64,000 nt of DNA from Candidatus Bathyarchaeota archaeon (GTDB lineage: Archaea > Thermoproteota > Bathyarchaeia > Bathyarchaeales > Bathycorpusculaceae): contig CAVZKL010000017.1 of NCBI GenBank assembly GCA_963775895.1, forward strand, positions 128,001 to 192,000. Reading direction: 5' to 3'. A program made the translations under genes and the position numbers. Shown piece after piece: positions 20,983 to 30,725 of this stretch. Under the pieces are notes generated by a model. It did not search any database. It was given only the letters and a program-made list of their open reading frames with translations, and was not told the origin of the DNA. How positions within the stretch are numbered: position 1 is the first letter of the stretch; every line of letters starts with the position of its first letter.

Positions 20983-21779
20983 TCGACGAGCCTTCTAACG
21001 GTTTCAGGTGCGCCGGCCAGAACTATGAGGGCTTCCGCCTCCATGAAATGGAGGCTGCCTGGAAAGATCAGAGTGTGTGGGGGGTCACCGAAATCATTTT
21101 TCAACAGGGTCTTCACGTATCCCGCTCTTACGGTTGGGTTGCGGCTTCCTGCTCTTGCCACGCCAACAGCAAGCGAGTCATCCGTGACTGCTTTGGCGTT
21201 CCTCCTAGACTCGATTTCCAGAAGTGTCTTCAATGCGTCTCCAATGTTCAGAAAGCGTTTTTCCTCTGTCATGATGTCTAACAGGCACAGCGTGTGAAGC
21301 CCAGACTTCTTATTTTCGGCGATGACAGAGTAGGGCGTAATCGACGGATTTTCGGTAGCAAAAGGAATCGTTACGGTCTTTCCAAACTTGTAACTGTGCA
21401 ATCCAGAAAGCCCGATAGCCGCTGAAAGTATTGAGGAACCGTGAACGACGCGGGTTTCTATACCGCGTTTCTTTGCCTCGATCCGCAAGGCTACGTGAGT
21501 CGTTGCGATCAGGGGGTCGCCTGGCACGAGCAAAACGGTCTTGCCTCTCTTTGCTGATTCAAAGACGATTTTTCCGTTGTCCTCTTCTAGATCCTTCCTG
21601 TTCAGGATGCGAGTTTCTTTGCCTGACAGTTCTCTGAATGATCTTGTTGAGAACTCGGGTAACAGACTCGTGTAAAGTTCGATGAAGACAGTGTTTGCTG
21701 TCTTGGTCTCTTCAAGTCCTTGGAGACTTATCCCCTTGTGATCGTGTAGACCAAGTCCGATGAAGACCAGTTCACCCAA
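20979..21779 (-). CDS. dph5: Diphthine synthase
   Basis: FIGLGL, ELYTS, GDPLIATTH, YKFGKTVT, GLHTLCLLD, PPHTLIFPG.LHFME. Confidence 0.95.
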   Translation of the reverse strand: MGELVFIGLGLHDHKGISLQGLEETKTANTVFIELYTSLLPEFSTRSFRELSGKETRILNRKDLEEDNGKIVFESAKRGKTVLLVPGDPLIATTHVALRIEAKKRGIETRVVHGSSILSAAIGLSGLHSYKFGKTVTIPFATENPSITPYSVIAENKKSGLHTLCLLDIMTEEKRFLNIGDALKTLLEIESRRNAKAVTDDSLAVGVARAGSRNPTVRAGYVKTLLKNDFGDPPHTLIFPGSLHFMEAEALIVLAGAPETVRRLVE

Positions 21780-21963
21780 ATGTTCCAGCCTCTTCTCAAC
21801 GAGATTGAATGTTACAGCTTAAAGCTTTATTCAACGGAAGCGCATGCACGCTGCTTACATGTTTGCACGGCGGAAATCAAAAACATGAATATTCTTGCAA
21901 TCTTAAATAGAGAAAACGAGATAAGTGAAAGGCAGAAGCAGGTGAAATGTCGGAGGTGATACA

Positions 21964-22167
21964 TTGCCAGAGAATAGTTGCCCGGAGTGTCCTGAGTGTG
22001 GAACGAGAATGATAAGCCGGAAGTCGAATGGTTCGTGTAAGTGTCCAAAATGCGGTGCGGTCTTCATCCCGAGCGGATGTACAGGCATTTTCATTCCCGC
22101 AAGCTTTATCGGCATACACTCGAATGTTCCAAAAAGCTTATCGGCATACACTCAAATGAACAAATAA
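21964..22167 (+). CDS. Small Cys-rich zinc-finger protein
   Basis: GGAGGTGA RBS before TTG; CPEC..CPKC pairs. Confidence 0.55.
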   Translation: MPENSCPECPECGTRMISRKSNGSCKCPKCGAVFIPSGCTGIFIPASFIGIHSNVPKSLSAYTQMNK

Positions 22168-22351
22168 CAGATTTGCGGCGGACCTAGACATCGTTTCACA
22201 GATCAATCATGCTTCCGATTGTTATTGGCGTGTGAGCCAACATTGAATATCCATCTCTTTCACAGTGACCGCGCGCGTTAGACAGCGCCTTGCCTTTAAG
22301 CTTCGGACGGAATTTCTAACGCGCCTTATTTTCTTCTCAGAAGCACCATGT

Positions 22352-22609
22352 TCAAGTTGTTCGGATTTTCACTTTCTCAAGAGGCTTGTCGAGGGACCAC
22401 GTACTTTCATTTCCCTCCCACCATCCCAGAAACTCAAACCTGCCGTTGAGTTCCACCAATAGCTTGAACTCCTGTGGAAAAATGAACTTCAAATCCTCGC
22501 TGCTCTCGAGCTTCAATTCCTTCCCATGATCATTGACCTCAAGCGACACCTCCTCAGTGAATATCTGATTAAGCATATCCTTCCAACGCATGTTGTAGAC
22601 AGTTTTCAC
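22352..22609 (-). CDS. Hypothetical protein (possibly a fragment)
   Basis: 85-aa ORF with protein-like composition and an AGAGAGGG purine tract upstream. Confidence 0.4.
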   Translation of the reverse strand: MKTVYNMRWKDMLNQIFTEEVSLEVNDHGKELKLESSEDLKFIFPQEFKLLVELNGRFEFLGWWEGNESTWSLDKPLEKVKIRTT

Positions 22610-22710
22610 TTTGATTCCCTCTCTTTCTATGTCCCAGCTCTGACCTCACGTGCTCGCAATGTTGAAATACTGCAAAGAACGAACCATCATCAGCGAATGA
22701 GGGAGGATGC

Positions 22711-23136
22711 ATGACTTCAAACGAAGACAGCAAACTAGCTGCACCCTGCGGTCTCTACTGTGGCGCTTGCATCGACCACTTGGTCCACAAAAACTGTCAT
22801 GGCTGCGGCTGCAACTGCGACTCATGCGCTGCTTCAACCCATCACAAGCAATGCGACATCTACAAGTGTTGCGTTGAACAACGAGGTCTTGAAGCCTGCA
22901 GCGAGTGCGAAGAGTTTCCCTGCTCTCAGCTCATACAGTTCTGCTACAACCCCGTGTGGCAGCATCATTTGACAGCCATCGAAAACCTGCGAAGACGTAA
23001 AGCCGTCGGAACAGGAAGATGGCTAGAAGAACAAAAGAATGCATGGAGCAACGACTGGTACCGGAAGAAATGGCTCTGGCTCCAGAGAGAATGCGAAGAC
23101 AGGCTGAAAAAGTCTAAAGAAGAATCAGAGCCGTAA
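22711..23136 (+). CDS. DUF3795-like Cys-rich protein
   Basis: APCGLYCGAC, CHGC, CDIYKCC, CSECEEFPC; GGAGG RBS. Confidence 0.8.
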   Translation: MTSNEDSKLAAPCGLYCGACIDHLVHKNCHGCGCNCDSCAASTHHKQCDIYKCCVEQRGLEACSECEEFPCSQLIQFCYNPVWQHHLTAIENLRRRKAVGTGRWLEEQKNAWSNDWYRKKWLWLQRECEDRLKKSKEESEP

Positions 23137-23267
23137 TGGGAAGAGAATCTAGAAATACCTCTGGATTGCCAAGTAAACAACGCGCGCACTAGCAATTAGT
23201 ATGCGCTCAAAAACTGATTAAAAGCTTTAATCTGAAGTACACTCTAAAGTCAACTGAAGGGATTAGC

Positions 23268-23582
23268 GTGAACAAAGACGCCCGACTGCTTCTCGTGTTC
23301 GTGCTAAACCTCCTGTTGCCGGGACTTGGGTTTCACTATTCTGGAACGAAGCACAACCTCCGATGGTTGCGTCGGCTGGGTCTCGCAACAATGGTTGCGT
23401 TCTTGTTTGCTTTCCCTTTGGGCCTGGTCTTGTTTCTACCATATGCGACGACGAACTACCACTTCAGTTTGCTGGAACTTGCTGCCTACCTTGCCGTGAT
23501 ACTCTGCTCGGCTACGGTGGGAGCGAGCATCGAAGGAAGATTAGCAGAGAAGACGGGAAATTGCAACTCAAATGCAAGATAG
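23268..23582 (+). CDS. Small membrane protein
   Basis: Three hydrophobic helices and NLLLPGLG..Y motif. Confidence 0.6.
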   Translation: MNKDARLLLVFVLNLLLPGLGFHYSGTKHNLRWLRRLGLATMVAFLFAFPLGLVLFLPYATTNYHFSLLELAAYLAVILCSATVGASIEGRLAEKTGNCNSNAR

Positions 23583-23651
23583 CAAGTGCCTCCCGAGTGA
23601 CAAAATGCAGGGCATTAGCCTGTGCGACAACAATGGGGGAACCGTAAGCTC

Positions 23652-23660
23652 TATATTTAT
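23652..23660 (+). promoter_or_regulatory. TATA-box-like element of the tRNA-Lys promoter
   Basis: TATATTTAT about 33-40 nt upstream of the tRNA 5' end. Confidence 0.45.
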
Positions 23661-23692
23661 TGATGAACGTTGTCTTCGAACAGTGTTTCCGT

Positions 23693-23770
23693 GGGCCCGT
23701 AGCTCAGTCAGGCTAGAGCGGCGGACTCTTAATCCGTAGGCCGCGGGTTCAATTCCCGTCGGGCCCGCCA
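23693..23770 (+). tRNA. tRNA-Lys (anticodon CTT), intronless, CCA encoded
   Basis: Acceptor stem GGGCCCG/CGGGCCC, G discriminator and CCA; D arm GCTC/GAGC; anticodon stem GCGGA/TCCGT with loop CT-CTT-AA; T loop TTCAATT. Confidence 0.95.
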
Positions 23771-24116
23771 ACCACAGTGCAAATTTCCCCGGTTGACTAC
23801 TTCTTTTTCCCTCTCTTTTTTCTTCCATAAACGAGAATTGGGCGTTATTGACGTCAATGTTGCTTTTCAAGCGTTTCAACCTGTAAACAGGTTTGATTTA
23901 TCATGCTTTCGAGTGAAAAAAAATAGCACCAAAAACTTTTAGGCTGTCGAATCCTATTGGGACTTAAAGATCATCCAGTTTAGTATCGTGGCCATTATGT
24001 TGAACACAAACCAGAAATCAAGCGCGCGCGAGAACTGATTCGACAAGAATGCCCAAAGGCTTTAATGAAAGGCTTCAGCGAATTGATCCTATCATCGTAA
24101 CCAATGTGTCTTTCAT

Positions 24117-24296
24117 TCATGTTTTCATTTTTTCCCTGTCATAAAGCTCTACGTAACCACACTTACCGCAGACATAAGCAACAAGTTCTGCCCCCGGTAT
24201 TCGCCAACTTGGGACTCCTGAATCTGAAGTTTCTATCTCCATGGGCCTTCTGACCATTCTTCCACGGCATCTGGGACACCTCTTGGTCTCACTCAT
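24117..24296 (-). CDS. Zn-ribbon microprotein (59 aa, absent from the ORF track)
   Basis: Hand translation MSETKRCPRCRGRM...AYVCGKCGYVELYDREKMKT; ATGA overlap with the upstream paralog and GGAGGTG RBS. Confidence 0.75.
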   Translation of the reverse strand: MSETKRCPRCRGRMVRRPMEIETSDSGVPSWRIPGAELVAYVCGKCGYVELYDREKMKT

Positions 24297-24481
24297 GTCT
24301 TAACACCTCCTTTTTCCAGATAGAATTCCACGTAGCTGCAACTCTTGCAAGCGTACCCCCAGATACGAGGACCATGTCTTAATCGATAGTAGTTCGTTCC
24401 TTGATTCCAGTAGTAGGTTCCGTCAAGATGGCCTATATCCATTTCCCCACCGCATTTTGGACAATTCTTGACCTCACTCAT
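24293..24481 (-). CDS. Zn-ribbon microprotein
   Basis: MSEVKNCPKCGGEM...GYACKSCSYVEFY. Confidence 0.75.
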   Translation of the reverse strand: MSEVKNCPKCGGEMDIGHLDGTYYWNQGTNYYRLRHGPRIWGYACKSCSYVEFYLEKGGVKT

Positions 24482-24725
24482 GTTTGACCATTTTCCTTTT
24501 TCAACCACTCAAGTTAATTGGCGATCTTCAGTATTATTTCTTCCCATTTTTGGTGCATTGCTTGGAAGAGGAGACCAAACTAAAGTGTTTTTTCAAGGCC
24601 AAAGATTTTTTGAACGAATCTCCTTTCTACGTGACTCTCACCGTGCGTGTGCAAGTTGTGTTTATCCGAAAGTCATATTAGTCATGATCCACAAATCTGA
24701 CAAATGCTTATTTGCAAATTGAGTT

Positions 24726-25622
24726 GTGAAAAAAATGAATAAGACTACGGTCGTTTTTGTAGTTCTGTGCGCCACGATTCTCGTCTCCGTTTCAAACATG
24801 CCCACTTCGAAAGCTTCTATAGGCAACTACAACTGGATTGGCACGATAGTGCGAAATGGTTATGATGACTTCTACGGAGCCTCTGTCACCGGATATGAAG
24901 AAGGAACAAATGCGAATCTTGTCGTAGGCGTTTCCAATGACTACAATTTTGTTAGTCAAATCAACGTCTCAGCAGTAAAGGTCGGCTTCGATTGGGGCAT
25001 TAACTACAGCTCAAGCGAATGCAGTATTGATAACCCGTTCGTTATCTCTAGCTTCGGATTTCACATCTTCAACCTGAATTTCACGGTTCCGTCAGTATTG
25101 CTAGCGTCGAATCTAGTCACACACAGCTACACAGTCTACGTAGAGCACGTGAACAGTACTACCGGGAACAAAAGAGTAGTGAGCAGCTGGACACTGAGCG
25201 GCACCGGTTTTGCCGTGTTCTCTTCAGACCAGGCAGACGCTTACAACTACAAACAAGAGATCAATGCCTATCCTTCTTCTCTAGTCGACAACATTCCTCT
25301 TCTTACGGCAAAGGCAAGGCAATTAATGCTAGAATCGAACGTTGCTAAATCTTTGGCGAGCACCGCCTATACACGAGGAGATTTCAGCACCGCCAAAGCG
25401 CAGTATAACAATTCTCTGAACTTCATACAACAAGCTTGGTCCAACGAGACGGATAAGTGGTCAACGTTTGAAGATTCCTTTGCAGGCCTATTGAACGGTG
25501 GCGGTACTTTGCTCGCGTTCCAAGGATACGCTTGGATCCTCTTTGGCGTAGGCTTCATACTGATGAGCATCGGGGCTCTCGTCTACTTGACAAGAAAGAA
25601 ACCACAACCGATGACAAACTGA
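24726..25622 (+). CDS. Secreted, C-terminally membrane-anchored surface protein
   Basis: Signal peptide, beta-rich domain with many N-x-S/T sequons, helical linker, C-terminal TM followed by RKK. Confidence 0.75.
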   Translation: MKKMNKTTVVFVVLCATILVSVSNMPTSKASIGNYNWIGTIVRNGYDDFYGASVTGYEEGTNANLVVGVSNDYNFVSQINVSAVKVGFDWGINYSSSECSIDNPFVISSFGFHIFNLNFTVPSVLLASNLVTHSYTVYVEHVNSTTGNKRVVSSWTLSGTGFAVFSSDQADAYNYKQEINAYPSSLVDNIPLLTAKARQLMLESNVAKSLASTAYTRGDFSTAKAQYNNSLNFIQQAWSNETDKWSTFEDSFAGLLNGGGTLLAFQGYAWILFGVGFILMSIGALVYLTRKKPQPMTN

Positions 25623-25720
25623 CGAAGGTTGTGGCAAACCCTTTTTTCTCAATTTTCTACGGTTCTACGATATTCTTTGATCGTGCTTTTCAGTAGATCA
25701 GCGTTGGGCAACGAGACACA

Positions 25721-26683
25721 CTAAGAGTACAGCTCTGCAAAGGCTCCGATTCCAACCGAGCTAATGAGAAGAGTCACTCCCAGAGTGGTGAACGGATCGC
25801 CTTGGACCAGGATAAACCCAGACATCCATGCCAAAGCCAGGGTTATGAATCCGAAGTTGCCGACTGTTCTACGTGCACAGAGAACCGTGGATGCAAGCCA
25901 GATGAACGCGCCTAGTGTCAACAGAAACTGTATGGGTTGTTCCTGTGGAGCTAGCGAGAAGATCGTAAACTCGACTCCGAAATGAATGAACAAACCGCCG
26001 AGGAAGCCGAAGATAAGGATGAGCTGCTGGCGCATAACTTTCTCTTTGATAGATAGCGGCATCTTATCGTGGTGGGCAGATTGGTGTTCGTGCAATTTTC
26101 TTTTCAACCAGTTTCCTCTTAACCTTCGTTCAACGTCGTCTGATGGGGCGGCATCTTGTTTCTGATGAGGAGCTTCAATGTCCTCTGACAGCTTGACTCC
26201 CTTTCCTGCAAGAACGTAGTAAGACGCGTTTCTGACTTGAAGTTCGGTGACTAAGCCATTCTTGACAAATGACTTCAATGCCTGCGCCACGTTGACATTG
26301 GACAAGCCTGATTCGTGGACTATTTCCTTCCGGTTCATTGGCTTCTTCGCTTTAGCCATGGCTTCTATTGTTTTGATTCCAGTTGTCGAATCGGCCAGAC
26401 CGATTTCCGAGCATTTCCTCGCAAAATCCTTTTGCGAAATGAATCTGCTTAACGGATTAATCGAATCCCTATCCATGAGAAAGTGAATAACACCAGCCAC
26501 TATCAAGAGTAGTCCCAGAGCTAGGACAACTGTTCCCATCAAAGAAAACAGCCACATTTCCCCAAACACTTCGATCGGAGAAACGAAGCGCAGCAGAAAG
26601 CCCATCATCATAACGACTATACCTAAGCCAAGAGACGTGTCCTTATCAAGCGTCTTCATCAAGGATGCGAATCTGTTGCTCAT
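25721..26683 (-). CDS. Membrane protein with central winged-helix domain
   Basis: Two N-terminal TMs, MNRKEIVHESGLSNVNVAQALKSFVKNGLV..YYVLAGKG (wHTH), four C-terminal TMs. Confidence 0.7.
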   Translation of the reverse strand: MSNRFASLMKTLDKDTSLGLGIVVMMMGFLLRFVSPIEVFGEMWLFSLMGTVVLALGLLLIVAGVIHFLMDRDSINPLSRFISQKDFARKCSEIGLADSTTGIKTIEAMAKAKKPMNRKEIVHESGLSNVNVAQALKSFVKNGLVTELQVRNASYYVLAGKGVKLSEDIEAPHQKQDAAPSDDVERRLRGNWLKRKLHEHQSAHHDKMPLSIKEKVMRQQLILIFGFLGGLFIHFGVEFTIFSLAPQEQPIQFLLTLGAFIWLASTVLCARRTVGNFGFITLALAWMSGFILVQGDPFTTLGVTLLISSVGIGAFAELYS

Positions 26684-27042
26684 TCAAACCCCTTAGAAAT
26701 AGTTGAGAGTAGAATCTAGTTATATAGAATTACTCTATAGGTAGAATTACTCCACAAGCGGATACAATCCAGATTCCAGATATTCCGATTTTTGATATAT
26801 CTGCGGATTTACGGGCTTGACCACAAATCATATCCGCTAGACACTTGGTTTGTTGTTCGAGACAATTCCATATAATCCCACGTGAATGTAAGCTCCAACT
26901 CAATCGCGCGGCAACGTATTTTTTTGAGAAGTAGACCAGAGTGTTCGGGTCGTCTTGAACAAATCCCGTCGTGGCATAAAGCAATAAATAGAAATCCTTG
27001 GAACAATCATTAGGTGCACTGGCGCACGATCGAGGAAAAACA

Positions 27043-27429
27043 ATGATCAAAACGGTTTGGAGCATAACCTTCAGCGTGTCAAATCTGAAAAGAGCCACGA
27101 GATTCTATGAGGACACATTGGGGTTGGAGAAGAAGTACGAATTTCCAAGCTATGTCGGCTTTGAGTGTGGAGGCGTCGAAATAGGTCTGACACCGAAGCC
27201 GAAAAAGAAAGTTCCACATGATCCCTCTGTCTCAGTACAACTCCTCGTGAGTAACGTTGAGGATTTCTGCAGAAGGTTGAAGGCGAAAGGAGTCTGCTTA
27301 ACTAACGAGCTTCACCAAGAAACTTGGGGAGGGAAGCAAGCAACCTTCAATGATCCAGACGGAAACGTTCTTGAAGTTACGCAAATTGACTGGAAGAAAT
27401 ATTACAAAGTCTCCGCGAAAGGCGCTTGA
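27043..27429 (+). CDS. VOC/glyoxalase family protein
   Basis: VSNLKRATRFYEDTLGL, WGGKQATFNDPDGNVLE. Confidence 0.9.
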   Translation: MIKTVWSITFSVSNLKRATRFYEDTLGLEKKYEFPSYVGFECGGVEIGLTPKPKKKVPHDPSVSVQLLVSNVEDFCRRLKAKGVCLTNELHQETWGGKQATFNDPDGNVLEVTQIDWKKYYKVSAKGA

Positions 27430-27602
27430 CTGACCATACGATTCACGGCATATCAGAATTCAAGACGAGTAGCTCTGATGCCTGTGATGTAAAAAACACG
27501 GTGTTTTCTGATTGAAACAATGAATATCATAAGCGCAAGATCTTGAGAGCAACAAATATAAGCGTGAAGGGGTCATGGAGAAAGATACTTGGTGAACAAG
27601 AG

Positions 27603-28562
27603 ATGGATGTTTGGAAGCTACGGGCATCCATGGCCGGAACGATGGCCCTGATAATCGGAATATCTACGCTGTTCTTCACAGTAGTATTGAGCTTAACGGG
27701 CTATTTTGACTTCCTGACGCTGGGCGTGCTGGTAGTTGGAATGAGCGTCGTTCAATGGTTGATCTCGCCTTATCTTATCGATGCAATGTATCACACAAAA
27801 GAGATCTCGCAGACTGAGCAACCTAAACTGCACGAGATAGTCGACAACATAAGTCAAAAGAGCGGAATCAAGAAGCCGAGACTGATGCTGGCTCAAATAC
27901 CTCTGCCAAACGCTTTTGCGTACGGATCACCGATCGCGGGAACTCGCGTAGCAGTGACGTCAGGATTAATGAACACCTTGAATGACGGTGAAGTTGAAGC
28001 CGTTCTGGGACACGAACTCGGGCACCTAAAGCACCGTGACGTGCAGGTGATGATGTTCGTTTCATTGCTGCCTGCAGTGGCTTATTACATTGGTTTTTCC
28101 CTCATGCTTTCAGGCGCTTTTGGCGGAAACCAGAAAAACCAAGGCAGTGCAGCAGCGATGGGAATGGTTTTCATGGCGTTTTCATGGATAATGAACCTGT
28201 TCATACTCTCCCTCAGCAGACAAAGAGAGTATTACGCTGACAGGCACAGTGCAACCACGGTAGAAAACGGTTCACAGAAACTTTCAACAGGACTCGCAAA
28301 AATCGTCAGCGCCACAAAGAACATGCGAGGAAACAGAAAACAGACAAAGAACATGGGCGCTTTTAAGGCGCTTTTCATAGCCGATCCCGACCGCGCCGAG
28401 ATAGATTCAGCACAACTGTCATCGGTCAGAGGTGTGGACAGCCAAAAGCTGGTTGACGAAATCCTTTCAAAGAAACTGACGACCGGGGATAGAATTCTAG
28501 AGATCTTGTCAACGCATCCGAACATAATCAAGAGACTCAGAGCCCTCAAACAATTAAACTAG
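27603..28562 (+). CDS. htpX: Zinc metalloprotease HtpX
   Basis: PNAFAYG, VAVTSGL, HELGH, SRQREYYAD, STHP. Confidence 0.93.
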   Translation: MDVWKLRASMAGTMALIIGISTLFFTVVLSLTGYFDFLTLGVLVVGMSVVQWLISPYLIDAMYHTKEISQTEQPKLHEIVDNISQKSGIKKPRLMLAQIPLPNAFAYGSPIAGTRVAVTSGLMNTLNDGEVEAVLGHELGHLKHRDVQVMMFVSLLPAVAYYIGFSLMLSGAFGGNQKNQGSAAAMGMVFMAFSWIMNLFILSLSRQREYYADRHSATTVENGSQKLSTGLAKIVSATKNMRGNRKQTKNMGAFKALFIADPDRAEIDSAQLSSVRGVDSQKLVDEILSKKLTTGDRILEILSTHPNIIKRLRALKQLN

Positions 28563-28656
28563 AAGATCACCACCTAGGTTCGCTTTCTTTGACGCAGGGC
28601 AAAACCATTAAAGACTACAAGTTAGACTAAAGCCTAACTTACAGGAAGCAGCATCG

Positions 28657-29880
28657 ATGAAGACAGACCTCGTTTTCAAAGAAATAGAAAAGATGCAGAA
28701 CGAAATGACTCAAACTCTAATGGAGCTCATTCGCATTCCTGCAATAGCTCCTGAAAGCGGTGGAGACGGTGAAACCAAGAAAGCCGAAAAACTCGAACAC
28801 GTCCTAGGGAAGATGGGCTTCTCTAACATACGACATTTTGACGCAGATGACGATAGAGTTTCTTCCAAGAAAAGACCCAACATCATCGTTACGATTGACG
28901 GTGAAACGAAGGAGAGGCTGTGGATTGTCACGCACGTCGACGTAGTTCCGCCGGGCGAAGAAGCTCTGTGGACCGTTACGAAACCTTTTGATCCGAAAGT
29001 CAAAGACGGAAAGGTCTACGGAAGAGGTGTCGAAGACAACATGCAGTCAATGATATCATCCTTATGGGCTGCAAAGGCTTTGATGAACTTGAGAATCACG
29101 CCAAAGCGGACCATCGTCCTGTGCTTCGTCGCGGACGAGGAGCAAGGAAGCAAATTCGGAATACAACACCTAATACGGCAAAACCTTTTCAGGAAAGATG
29201 ATCTGGTGTTGGTGCCGGACGGTGGGAAGAGCGACGGCAGTTTCATCGAGATCGCTGAAAAGAGTTCGCTCTGGTTGAGAATCACCACCATAGGAAAACA
29301 GACGCATGCAAGTATGCCAAGCGACGGATTGAACGCCAATCGCGTGGGCATGGAATTCTCAATCGCTCTCGATCAGATGCTGCACGAAAAATACCCAGCA
29401 AGAGATGAGTACTTCGACCCGCCAGAGAGCACGTTTGAGCCTACGAAGAAGGAAAAGAACGTAGACGCCATAAACATCGTTCCTGGAGAAGACATAGTTT
29501 ATGTTGATTCCAGAATTCTGCCTCGCTATGACGTTGACGAGGTCCTGAAGGAAATAAAGTCGCTTGCAGCCGATTTTGAGAAGAAAACAGGAGCGAAGAT
29601 AACGATCGATGTCGTCTACAAGACCATTGCTCCTAAGCCCACGGACGCCAATGCGAAAATCGTGACTTTGCTGAGAGAAGCAGTGCAATCAGTAAGAGGG
29701 GTCAAATCGACGGTCGGTGGAATCGGCGGAGGAACATGCGCGGCGTACTTTAGGAAAATCGGAATTCCCGCCGCTGTTTGGTCCACCGTTGACGAGATGG
29801 CCCATCAACCCAACGAGTACGCAAAAATCGAAAACATGATCAACGACGCCAAGGTTTTTGCCCTATTGGCTATGGAATGA
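28657..29880 (+). CDS. M20 family metallohydrolase (DapE/ArgE-like)
   Basis: THVDVVP, YGRGVEDN, ADEE, GKQTHAS, AHQPNE. Confidence 0.9.
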   Translation: MKTDLVFKEIEKMQNEMTQTLMELIRIPAIAPESGGDGETKKAEKLEHVLGKMGFSNIRHFDADDDRVSSKKRPNIIVTIDGETKERLWIVTHVDVVPPGEEALWTVTKPFDPKVKDGKVYGRGVEDNMQSMISSLWAAKALMNLRITPKRTIVLCFVADEEQGSKFGIQHLIRQNLFRKDDLVLVPDGGKSDGSFIEIAEKSSLWLRITTIGKQTHASMPSDGLNANRVGMEFSIALDQMLHEKYPARDEYFDPPESTFEPTKKEKNVDAINIVPGEDIVYVDSRILPRYDVDEVLKEIKSLAADFEKKTGAKITIDVVYKTIAPKPTDANAKIVTLLREAVQSVRGVKSTVGGIGGGTCAAYFRKIGIPAAVWSTVDEMAHQPNEYAKIENMINDAKVFALLAME

Positions 29881-29951
29881 GCCTTTGCTTCTGCAAACTA
29901 GTAAGGAAAATCATATATTCGCTGAAATCAATCTTCAAGTCAGGTATTGCT

Positions 29952-30363
29952 ATGAGTGAAAAACCGACTACTGCTTACCTACTCTCTCTGATTGGCGGAA
30001 TATTCGTATTCCTAGGTGGGCTTCTGTGGGCAGCTGTGGGCGCGCTCATCGCGTTCTTGACCGGTTTTGGCTTTCTTCTATGGGCTTTTCTGATCTTTGG
30101 AATCGTAATCATCATCGGTGCAGTGCAGCATGAACAGTAATCCAAATTCGACGCACACTTGGGGTATCGTTATCCTTGTTCTCGGAGTCATTTCACTCTT
30201 CGGCGTGGTAACAGCGCTCGGTGGATTACTGGCGATAATTGGCGGAGCAATGGCATTATCCTGGAAGCCCTCAACCCCCACACCCACGCCAATAAGCATC
30301 CTAGACTCAGCAACCCTTTCTTTTTTTGGTTGCAACCGGACTAATCGCGCGAGCCGCCTGTAG
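29952..30363 (+). CDS. Small multi-TM membrane protein; apparent frameshift near 30125
   Basis: MSEKPTTAYLLSLIGGI.. continues as HTWGIVILVLG..GGLLAIIGGAMALSWKP in the next frame. Confidence 0.65.
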
Positions 30364-30412
30364 GGCTGTAAGAAAAGCTTATAGCCTTGGTTGGATAATC
30401 CATCCAACAACC

Positions 30413-30703
30413 ATGGACTCCAACAAGATAGCCGTTATTGCAGTTCTTGTCGCGTTGGAAACAGCAACAAACTATGCGATGATTCCGCTTTACAACGTAA
30501 AACTGATGGACATAATAGTTTTCATTGGCGGTTTCTTGTTCGGGCCACTGGTTGGGGCGTCGATTGGCGTCTTCTCCTGGACAGTTTATGGAACGTTGAA
30601 CCCGTTGGGTTTCTCGGTTAACATATGGGTGGCTACAATGCTTTCTGAGACAGTCTTCGGGGTTGTCGGAGGCTTGGTTGGCAAGACCACGATTTTAAGC
30701 TGA
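30413..30703 (+). CDS. ECF transporter S-component-like protein, apparently truncated
   Basis: PLYNVKLMDIIVFIGGFLFGPLVG, LNPLG; only about 96 aa. Confidence 0.6.
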   Translation: MDSNKIAVIAVLVALETATNYAMIPLYNVKLMDIIVFIGGFLFGPLVGASIGVFSWTVYGTLNPLGFSVNIWVATMLSETVFGVVGGLVGKTTILS

Positions 30704-30725
30704 TAACCTGTGATAGATAAACTGC

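Noticed and set aside
23568-23879. 103-aa minus-strand ORF
   Set aside because: Antisense shadow of the tRNA gene (WLAGPTGIEPA is a typical tRNA artefact)
23693-27000. Integrated provirus or plasmid at tRNA-Lys
   Set aside because: No integrase, no second att copy and no viral hallmark genes seen in the window
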